Shown here: positions 16,331 through 22,850 of the stretch, piece by piece | Layout of the letters: every line of letters begins with the position of its first letter | Numbering within the stretch: position 1 is the first letter of the stretch | Assembly (NCBI RefSeq): GCF_014191875.1 | Contig: NZ_JACHXD010000006.1 | Location: forward strand, 122,955 to 146,954 | Reading direction: 5' to 3' | Source of the DNA: Pseudoduganella violacea | Lineage (GTDB): Bacteria > Pseudomonadota > Gammaproteobacteria > Burkholderiales > Burkholderiaceae_D | DNA: 24,000 nucleotides | Made by a program: the position numbers and the translations under genes | Notes under the pieces: generated by a model | Databases searched by the model: none | Seen by the model: the letters and a program-made list of their open reading frames with translations, nothing else | Told to the model about the DNA's origin: nothing

Positions 16331-16774
16331 ATGGGCAAGCAAAAGCAGGCGGAGTTTTGTCCGGTGGCGCGCACGCTGGATGTGGTTGGGGATCGCTGGT
16401 CCCTGCTGATTGTGCGCGACGCTTTCGACGGCATCCGCCGTTTCGGCGAATTCCAGCGCAACCTGGGCATTGCGCGCAATATCCTTAGCGACCGCCTGCA
16501 AAAACTGGTCGAAGCCGGCGTGCTGGAAGTGGCGCCGGCCTCGGACGGTACGGCCTATCAGGAATATCTGCTGACGGCCAGGGGCCGCGACCTGTTCACC
16601 GTGGTGGTGGGCTTGCGCCAATGGGGCGAGCACCATTTGTATGTCAAGGGGGAAGCCCGTTCGAGCCTGGTGGAAGCCGATAGCGGCAAGCCCGTCCCCC
16701 AGCTTGTCTTGCGCCGCCGCGACGGCAGCGCGCTCAAGCCGGAAGAGACGGTGGTCCGAAAAGTGCAGCCTTAA
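16331..16774 (+). CDS. HxlR family winged-helix transcriptional regulator
   Basis: CPVARTLDVVGDRWSLLIVRDAFDGIRRFGEFQRNLGIARNILSDRLQKLVEAGVL is the classic HxlR signature. GGGGGAGA Shine-Dalgarno lies upstream. Confidence 0.9.
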   Translation: MGKQKQAEFCPVARTLDVVGDRWSLLIVRDAFDGIRRFGEFQRNLGIARNILSDRLQKLVEAGVLEVAPASDGTAYQEYLLTARGRDLFTVVVGLRQWGEHHLYVKGEARSSLVEADSGKPVPQLVLRRRDGSALKPEETVVRKVQP

Positions 16775-17358
16775 GCGGCGCCGTTCAGGATGAGGGCGAG
16801 GCCGGCTTCGAAGTGCTGGTCGGGGCTGCGCTGGCGATAGCGCTGCATGGCCGCCGCGAGTTGTGGGTAGGCGAGCACACTTTCATCGAGCGTGGCCGGA
16901 TCGGGATGGTCGGCTTGCTCCTCCAGCACGCAGCCCACCACATAATGGGATATCGTAACGAGCAGATCGATGGCATCCCCCATGTCCATGCCGGCCTCGC
17001 AGATGAAACGCAGTTGCGCGTCCAGCGCGGGCAGGGTGTCGGGCACCGGCTCGCTGCCGGCGTGCAGGCGCGCGCCGTCGCGATAGGCGAGCAGGGCGCG
17101 GCGGAAGCTGCGCGCGTTCTCGCCGAGGAAGCTGCGCCAGTCTTCGTCCGCTTGCGGTAGGGTGCGCTGGTGGGCGCGCTCCATGATTTCCAGATTCATT
17201 GCGTCCAGCAGGGCGCGCTTATTCTTGAAGTGCCAGTACAGGGCCGGCTGCTGCACGCCCAGGCGTTCGGCCAGCAGGCGGGTGGAGAGCTTGTCCACGC
17301 CGACCTCGTTCAGCAGATCGAGCGCTGCGGCGACGATCTGCTTGCGTTCAACTTTCAT
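16771..17358 (-). CDS. tetR: Tetracycline repressor-type TetR, close to class A/B TetR proteins
   Basis: MKVERKQIVAAALDLLNEVGVDKLSTRLLAERLGVQQPALYWHFKNKRALLDA...WRSFLGENARSFRRALLAYRDGARLHAG...DAQLRFICEAG. These blocks match TetR(A)/TetR(B) as I remember them, including the inducer-pocket region and not only the HTH. I chose the start at ATG 17358. Confidence 0.85.
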   Translation of the reverse strand: MKVERKQIVAAALDLLNEVGVDKLSTRLLAERLGVQQPALYWHFKNKRALLDAMNLEIMERAHQRTLPQADEDWRSFLGENARSFRRALLAYRDGARLHAGSEPVPDTLPALDAQLRFICEAGMDMGDAIDLLVTISHYVVGCVLEEQADHPDPATLDESVLAYPQLAAAMQRYRQRSPDQHFEAGLALILNGAA

Positions 17359-17382
17359 GTTCCGATCCTGAAAAAAATTCTT

Positions 17383-17410
17383 TTGACACGTAAACTTTAT
17401 CACCTATAAT
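17383..17410 (+). promoter_or_regulatory. Consensus sigma70 promoter for the tetA-like gene
   Basis: TTGACA (17383-17388), a 16-nt spacer, then TATAAT (17405-17410). It lies 30 nt upstream of ATG 17441. The spacer contains a degenerate TTATCACCTATAA half-palindrome. Confidence 0.6.
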
Positions 17411-17412
17411 TA

Positions 17413-17431
17413 AATTTATCGATGATAAATT
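17413..17431. promoter_or_regulatory. tetO-like operator palindrome
   Basis: AATTTATC-GAT-GATAAATT has perfect 8-bp arms. The core TATCGATGATA matches the Tn10 tetO core TATCATTGATA at 9 of 11 positions. It sits between the -10 element and the tetA start. Confidence 0.6.
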
Positions 17432-17440
17432 GAGCAAGAT

Positions 17441-18613
17441 ATGAACAAAGGACTCTACGCGGTCATGGGTTCGGTGGTGATCAGCGCCGCCGGTATCGGA
17501 CTGACCATGCCCATCGTGCCGCAACTGATGCGCGACGTGGGCCACACTGCCGAGCTGGGCTGGCGCTTTGGTGCGTTTACCGGCCTGTACGCCTTGATGC
17601 AATTCATTTTTTCGCCGATCCTGGGCGCGCTGAGCGACCGCATCGGGCGCCGCCCCGTGCTGCTGATGTCGCTGGCCGGCTCGATGATCGACTATGTGCT
17701 GCTGGCGCTGGCGCCCTCGCTGTCGCTGCTCTTCCTCGGCCGCGCCATCGCCGGCATTACCGGCGCCAGCCTGGCCGTGGCTTCGGCCTATATCGCCGAC
17801 GTCACGCCGGAGAACCAGCGCAGCCGCCGCTTCGGCCAGCTCAACGCCTGCTTTGGCGTCGGCTTCATCATCGGCCCCGTGATTGGCGGCCTGCTGGGGG
17901 AATACTGGGTGCGCGCGCCCTTCCTGGCGGCGGCGCTGCTGGATGCGCTGAACTTGGTCGTGGCCTTTTTCGTGATGCGCGAATCGCGCACGCCGCAAGC
18001 GGTGCCGGTACCCCTGAATCCGCTGGCGCCGCTGCGCTGGGCGCTGAGCTTTCCCGTTCTGCTGCCGCTGATGGTGGTGTATTTCGTGCTGGCCCTGGTG
18101 GGCGAGGTGGCCGGCACGGTCTGGGTCATGTATGGCGAAGACAAGTTCGCCTGGAGTTCCCTGACCATCGGCATTTCGCTGGCGGGCTTTGGCGTGTTTC
18201 ACGCCGTGGCCCAGGCTTTCGTGGCCGGGCCTTTGTCCGAACGCTACGGCGAGCGGCGCACTCTGCTGATCGGGATTACGGCCGATGCGCTGGCCTATGC
18301 GGCGATCGCCTGGGCCACCGAGGGTTGGGTCGCCTTCCTGCTGCTGCCGGTGTTCTGCGTGGGCGGCATCGGCGCGCCGGTTCTGCAGTCGCTGATGTCG
18401 GCCGGCACCGATGCGGAGCAGCAGGGGCGTTTGCAGGGCGTGCTGGCCAGTATCGCCAGTCTGGCGACGATTATCGGGCCGGTCGGCATTAGCACCCTGT
18501 ATTTCATGTCGCGCAGCACCTTCCCGGGGGCGGTCTGGCTGGGCGGCGCGGCCCTGTATCTGTTCAGCATGCCTTTCCTGCTGGGGCGGGTGCGCCGCAA
18601 TGCGCAGGCATAA
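17441..18613 (+). CDS. tetA: Tet(A)-family MFS tetracycline/H+ antiporter-like efflux pump (12-TM class)
   Basis: 390-aa ORF. Blocks GIGLTMPIVPQLMRD, LYALMQFIFSPILGALSDRIGRRPVLLMSLAG, GRAIAGITGAS, AYIADVT, GEDKFAWSSLTIGISLAGFGVFHAVAQA, GERR and QGRLQGV parallel Tet(A)/Tet(C) as recalled. It is divergent from tetR. Confidence 0.85.
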   Translation: MNKGLYAVMGSVVISAAGIGLTMPIVPQLMRDVGHTAELGWRFGAFTGLYALMQFIFSPILGALSDRIGRRPVLLMSLAGSMIDYVLLALAPSLSLLFLGRAIAGITGASLAVASAYIADVTPENQRSRRFGQLNACFGVGFIIGPVIGGLLGEYWVRAPFLAAALLDALNLVVAFFVMRESRTPQAVPVPLNPLAPLRWALSFPVLLPLMVVYFVLALVGEVAGTVWVMYGEDKFAWSSLTIGISLAGFGVFHAVAQAFVAGPLSERYGERRTLLIGITADALAYAAIAWATEGWVAFLLLPVFCVGGIGAPVLQSLMSAGTDAEQQGRLQGVLASIASLATIIGPVGISTLYFMSRSTFPGAVWLGGAALYLFSMPFLLGRVRRNAQA

Positions 18614-18685
18614 AAGTGTCGGATTTCTTTACACTTGCCGGATGCTGAAAAATCGGTTTTCTTTTAAAACAAAGACTTACAGATC

Positions 18686-18701
18686 TGGCATGCAACTTGC
18701 T
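18686..18701 (+). promoter_or_regulatory. Putative sigma54 (-24/-12) promoter upstream of the PEP-CTERM protein gene
   Basis: TGGCAT-GCAAC-TTGCT against the consensus TGGCAC-N5-TTGCW: correct GG/GC spacing and one mismatch. It lies about 43 nt upstream of ATG 18744. Confidence 0.55.
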
Positions 18702-18743
18702 CTATGCAAGCTTTAATTTGAAATTGCATAAAGGTAAGTAACG

Positions 18744-19439
18744 ATGAAATTCGTAAAGTTTGCTGTTGTTGCGGCAATGATGTCGGCAGGTGCGGTACAA
18801 GCTGGCTCGATCCAGCTTCTGAGCAATGGCAGTTTTGAAACGGGCAATCTGAACGGCTGGACCACTTCGGGCCTGGGCAGCACTGGCACCTGCGCCGGCG
18901 CCGGGCGCGACTGGAATGTGGCCAAGGTTGGCAGCGCCACCGGTTGCTCGACGGTGGGCAATCCCATCGACGGCAGCTATGCCGCCTACGTCATGAACGA
19001 TGGTACGGCCACGACCAAGTACACGCTGGCGCAGAACTTCTTCGTGCCGCAAGGCCTGAAGGAAGCCACCCTGTCCTGGAGCGACTCCATCGTGGCGAGC
19101 TACTCCGGCCAGGCGCGCAGCTTCAAGGTCGATATCCTGCAGGGTGCTACGCTGCTGGGCAATGTGTTCAGCTACGACATCGCCAGCGAAACGAATATGG
19201 CATGGGATGCGCGCAGCATCAATGTCAGCGCCTTGCTGGCGTCGCACCAGGGCCAGAACCTGACTCTGCGCTTCTCCAACTACATTCCGCAGACCTGGAC
19301 TGGCGCAGCGGGCCTGGCCATCGACAATGTGTCGCTGAGCGCCAAAGTCCCCGAACCCAGCTCCCTGCTGCTGGTCGCCGCCGGCCTGCTGGTTGCCGGC
19401 TTCGCCCGCCGCCGCTGCACTCCCGCCGTGGCGCTGTAA
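18744..19439 (+). CDS. PEP-CTERM sorting-domain protein with an N-terminal jelly-roll/CBM-like domain
   Basis: Signal peptide MKFVKFAVVAAMMSAGAVQA, the NGSFETGNLNGWT motif, and C-terminal VPEPSSLLLVAAGLLVAGFARRR (PEP, TM helix, Arg cluster). Confidence 0.85.
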   Translation: MKFVKFAVVAAMMSAGAVQAGSIQLLSNGSFETGNLNGWTTSGLGSTGTCAGAGRDWNVAKVGSATGCSTVGNPIDGSYAAYVMNDGTATTKYTLAQNFFVPQGLKEATLSWSDSIVASYSGQARSFKVDILQGATLLGNVFSYDIASETNMAWDARSINVSALLASHQGQNLTLRFSNYIPQTWTGAAGLAIDNVSLSAKVPEPSSLLLVAAGLLVAGFARRRCTPAVAL

Positions 19440-19452
19440 GCGCATCCCCTCC

Positions 19453-19478
19453 GGCTGCCGCATTCAGCGGCAGCCTTT
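19453..19478 (+). terminator. Rho-independent terminator after the PEP-CTERM gene
   Basis: GGCTGCCGC-ATTCA-GCGGCAGCC, a perfect 9-bp stem, followed by TTT. Confidence 0.65.
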
Positions 19479-19572
19479 CACATACCACTGAGCCGGATTA
19501 AGAAGAGCCGTCCCTGCCTCGTTCATGATGGCAGGAGACGACTATACTTTTCAATGCAGGGGCGAGTGGTAT

Positions 19573-19974
19573 ATGAAATTCTCCAGAAGCAAATGGTTGG
19601 CGTATACCTTTCTCGTCGGACTGATTCCGGTCTTAATGAGGTTGCTTGTATGGGCCGCCGCCAAGGCCGGGAAAGTTGAAGCCTTTGCTGCGCCGGATTT
19701 TGTCTCGTTCGGTCTTGTCCTGCATATTTCCATCATCAATGAAATGGAGCAGCTTCCGCAAAGAGAAAAGAACTGGAAGGCAATACAAAACGGGACATCT
19801 ATTATTTTTATCGCTTTGTATGGCGCGCTCTATGCGTTGGCCATTCTTGGCGGGAGGGGCGAGAATCTGGTTGATTCGTCGGCCGTTTTACGCAGCAGTG
19901 TCTTCTTTGTTTCATTATCAATAGCACTGAGCTTAAGTACGCTTCAGCGACTTTCAAGAGCGAGGACAAGATGA
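19573..19974 (+). CDS. Hypothetical integral membrane protein (about 4 TM) in a low-GC segment
   Basis: ORF with four hydrophobic stretches (LAYTFLVGLIPVLMRLLVWAAA, FVSFGLVLHISII, SIIFIALYGALYALAILGG, VFFVSLSIALSLSTL). I prefer the start at ATG 19573 (MKFSRSKW); the alternative is ATG 19525. No family I recognise. Confidence 0.6.
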   Translation: MKFSRSKWLAYTFLVGLIPVLMRLLVWAAAKAGKVEAFAAPDFVSFGLVLHISIINEMEQLPQREKNWKAIQNGTSIIFIALYGALYALAILGGRGENLVDSSAVLRSSVFFVSLSIALSLSTLQRLSRARTR

Positions 19975-20096
19975 ACACTTTACTTTACGTCATCACGTGC
20001 TTTGCCGCCGTACTCGGCCTTGGCGTTTCGATCTGGTCTTTTTTCGATACGCGCAAAAAGTACGGGAAGGGCTGCAATAAAGAGGAAGAAACATAA
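19971..20096 (+). CDS. Hypothetical 41-aa single-TM protein, below the ORF-track size cutoff
   Basis: My own translation is MNTLLYVITCFAAVLGLGVSIWSFFDTRKKYGKGCNKEEET. The ATG overlaps the upstream TGA (ATGA), and GAGGA Shine-Dalgarno lies 4 nt upstream. It has one hydrophobic helix and a basic tail. Confidence 0.4.
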   Translation: MNTLLYVITCFAAVLGLGVSIWSFFDTRKKYGKGCNKEEET

Positions 20097-20107
20097 TCTC
20101 TTCATAG

Positions 20108-20131
20108 GAAGCCTGCGCAAGCGCAGGCTTC
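20108..20131. terminator. Perfect hairpin between convergent genes; possible terminator
   Basis: GAAGCCTGCGC-AA-GCGCAGGCTTC has an 11-bp stem and a 2-nt loop. There is no strong T-run on either strand. Confidence 0.4.
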
Positions 20132-20171
20132 TTCGCTTCGTGGGGATCAGATTGGCCAGTTGACGCCGCCT

Positions 20172-22289
20172 TTACTTGCCGCCGAAGGTGTAGGACAGGC
20201 CCAGCATCACGCTGCGCGGTGCGCCGGGCGTGTACTGGTTCTGGGTGTTGGGCGAGTAAACGCCAGCGCCGGAGTAGGAGCTGGAGGCTGAATCGGAGTA
20301 ATGCTTGTCGCCCAGATTGCGCACATGGACCCAGGCTTCCCAGCCTGGCATGAAGCGGTAGGCGGCGCGCAGATGGAACAGCGCGTGGCCGGGATAGCGT
20401 ACGGTATTGGCATTGTCCATCCAGTAGACGCCCTGGTGCACCGCTTCCAGCGCGATGCGCAAGCCCGGCATCGGTTTGTAGCCGATTTCGGCGCTGGTCA
20501 TATCGCGCGGCGCTTGCGGCATGTCCTTGCCGCTGTAGTCCTGGGTGGCGGAGACGCGGTAGCGTTCATAGCGATGGCTGGCGATGGCGGTGCTGAAGCG
20601 CGCGTCGAGCGGGCCGTTGTCGTAGTTCAGGCCCAACTCCAGACCCTGGCTGCGCGTGCGTCCGGCATTGCGGTTCTCGCTATTGCCCGGCGTGATGGTG
20701 TAGCTGACGATGGTGTCGCGTCCCACCAGCCGGTAGAGCGAGGAATCCAGGCGCAGCTTGCGGTCGAGGAAGGCCAGGCGCAGGCCCACTTCCACGCTGC
20801 GGTAGGTGGCGGGCTGCAGGTCGGGAATGCCGGTCTTGCCATACATCTGGCTTACCTCCGGCGGCGTGAAGCCTTCGCTGATATTCGCATACGCATTGGC
20901 GTCCGCTCCCAGCACATAGCTGGCGCCCAGCTTGGGACTGAAGCGCGAGAAGCTGCGGCTCTCGTTCGGCGCGCCATAGTTGGCGCTGCCCTGCGGCGAG
21001 AGATTGTTGCGGAAGTCGTAGCGGATGCGGTCGGAGCGGCCGCCCGCGACCACGCGCAGCTTGGGCAGCGGCGACGCTTCCCATTGCGCGAAGATGGCGG
21101 TGTTGTCGATGTCGGCCTGGTAATCGCGCACACCTTGCGGCTGGCTGTCGTTGACGCGGGTATAGCTCAGATAGCGGCCGCTGGCCGGGTCGCGCACGAT
21201 GCGCAGATTGTCGCTGTAATAGGGATTGTCGCTGCGGTCGATGTAGATGCCTGCGACCAGGCGCGAATTCAGCCAGGCGAATTCCTGCAGATGCTTCACA
21301 TCCAGGCCGCGCGAATCGACGTGGTTGTTGTTCAGCGTTCCCTTGCAGATGCTGCCGCTGCAGCTGCCGATGGTGTAGCTCGGGATCTGTCCATGGTCGT
21401 TGCGGCGCGTGAACAGGGTGACGGTGGTGCTGCCGCCCGGCGTGGTATCGCCTTCCCAGGCCACGGTGCCGCGCGTGGTCTTGTCCTTGCGGTAGGTGAA
21501 GGTGTTCAGGCTCTTGCCGGGATTGTTCTGGTAATCGTTTTCGAACAGGCTGCCGGGCATGGCCGCATCGAGATCGGTGCGCACCAGCGTGGCGCGGACG
21601 ATGCCCGCATTGCCCAGCGCATAGTCGGCGCGCAGGGTGAAGGAATCCTTGTCGCCGTAGCTGTACTCCTGCCAGTTGTTCGACGTGCGGCGCGAGCTGT
21701 AATGCGAGAAGCGCAGGCCGAAATCGCCCCAGGTATTGCTGGCCGCCGTGTCGTAGCGCGTAAAGCCGGACACGCCCTCATGCCGCACGCCGATGCGCGC
21801 ATAGGGCGTGCGCGAAGGCGCGGCCGTCAGCGCGTTGATGGCGCCGCCCACGGCATTGCTGCCGTACAGCGAGGAGGCCGGTCCCTTTACTACTTCCACG
21901 CTGTCGCTGCCTGCGATATTCATTTCATTCAGCGAGTTGTGATTGAACACGCCCAGCGGACGGATAGGAATGCCGTCCTCCAGATACTGGTACACCGAAC
22001 CGGTGCCGATGGGCTGGCGGATCGCCATGCTGTGCTGCTCATTGCCCAGGTCATTCCAGTGCACGCCGGCGACGCGATTCAGGATGTCGCCCATGGTCTT
22101 GGGCTTGTCGCGCTCCATCTCGCGGCCGCTCACGATGCCGATGGCGCTGGGCGTTTCGGATAGCTTGGTGACGGCGCGCGAGCCGCTGACGACGACGATT
22201 TCCATGCCGGGCGTTTCATCGGCGGCCATGGCGTTGACGGAGAAGGCGGACAGCACGGCGAGGCAGATGGCGCTGGGACGGTAGTTCAT
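20172..22289 (-). CDS. TonB-dependent receptor; substrate unknown, possibly a metal (copper-type context)
   Basis: Signal peptide MNYRPSAICLAVLSAFSVNAMA, a plug (ETPSAIGIVSG, VEVVKGPASSLYGSNAVGGAIN), a long barrel and the terminal ...YTFGGK. I chose the start at ATG 22289. It lies downstream of a DUF2946-like gene. Confidence 0.9.
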   Translation of the reverse strand: MNYRPSAICLAVLSAFSVNAMAADETPGMEIVVVSGSRAVTKLSETPSAIGIVSGREMERDKPKTMGDILNRVAGVHWNDLGNEQHSMAIRQPIGTGSVYQYLEDGIPIRPLGVFNHNSLNEMNIAGSDSVEVVKGPASSLYGSNAVGGAINALTAAPSRTPYARIGVRHEGVSGFTRYDTAASNTWGDFGLRFSHYSSRRTSNNWQEYSYGDKDSFTLRADYALGNAGIVRATLVRTDLDAAMPGSLFENDYQNNPGKSLNTFTYRKDKTTRGTVAWEGDTTPGGSTTVTLFTRRNDHGQIPSYTIGSCSGSICKGTLNNNHVDSRGLDVKHLQEFAWLNSRLVAGIYIDRSDNPYYSDNLRIVRDPASGRYLSYTRVNDSQPQGVRDYQADIDNTAIFAQWEASPLPKLRVVAGGRSDRIRYDFRNNLSPQGSANYGAPNESRSFSRFSPKLGASYVLGADANAYANISEGFTPPEVSQMYGKTGIPDLQPATYRSVEVGLRLAFLDRKLRLDSSLYRLVGRDTIVSYTITPGNSENRNAGRTRSQGLELGLNYDNGPLDARFSTAIASHRYERYRVSATQDYSGKDMPQAPRDMTSAEIGYKPMPGLRIALEAVHQGVYWMDNANTVRYPGHALFHLRAAYRFMPGWEAWVHVRNLGDKHYSDSASSSYSGAGVYSPNTQNQYTPGAPRSVMLGLSYTFGGK

Positions 22290-22400
22290 GATGTGCTTTC
22301 TTCTTTTAATGGCGTATTTGGCGCGGCGCAGGGCCACAGGCGGGCGACAAGGCGCGCGCAAACGGCCTGCTTCAATGCAGGTCAGACGGATGCTGCGGGA

Positions 22401-22784
22401 TCAGGAATGGCTTGGCGGCGCGCGCGACTGCGCGGCGGACCAGATGAAGAGACGGCGTGGCGCCTGGTAGAAGAGGGAAGGGTATATCGCGCTGCCGGCT
22501 GCGGGATGCAGCGTCAGCGCCGGCGTGGGCGGCAAGCCCACGACATCGTGCTGGGTGAAGCAGAAGGGACAGTGTTCCAGATGCTGGGCGCTGTCGCCGG
22601 ATGGCGCGCCGCCATCGTCGCCGATTTGGACGAATTTGGCGCCCTGCATGGTGCAGATCTCAGTCCAGCCGCTGTTGCCAGCTGGCGCCATGGCGCGCGA
22701 AACGGAAGGCACGAGCGCGGCGAAGAGGATCGCCATGAAGGCGAGCCAGGCGGCACAGCGTCGTATTGTTCCGTTCATATTCAT
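22401..22784 (-). CDS. DUF2946-like small secreted protein with an HCPFC motif
   Basis: 127-aa ORF with signal/TM sequence AAWLAFMAILFAALVPSVSRAMA, WTEICT, and HLEHCPFC. This is the pattern I associate with DUF2946 proteins found next to TonB-dependent receptors. Confidence 0.7.
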   Translation of the reverse strand: MNMNGTIRRCAAWLAFMAILFAALVPSVSRAMAPAGNSGWTEICTMQGAKFVQIGDDGGAPSGDSAQHLEHCPFCFTQHDVVGLPPTPALTLHPAAGSAIYPSLFYQAPRRLFIWSAAQSRAPPSHS

Positions 22785-22850
22785 ACGCGGCCGATTCTAG
22801 CATGGGCCTGGCGCGCCGCCGAAAGGCGGCTGGGCCTTTCTTAATCCAGC

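Noticed and set aside
16771-18613. The tetR/tetA pair as part of a transposon (Tn10/Tn1721-like) or a resistance island
   Set aside because: No transposase, resolvase, IS ends or inverted terminal repeats are visible on either side. GC content is host-like, and tetR overlaps the neighbouring chromosomal gene's stop codon.
22829-22846. GCCGCC-GAAA-GGCGGC hairpin after the histidine kinase stop, as a strong terminator
   Set aside because: On the gene (minus) strand the stem is not followed by a T-run; the T-rich flank is on the plus strand, where no gene ends. I recorded it only as a possible weak structure and did not list it as a feature.
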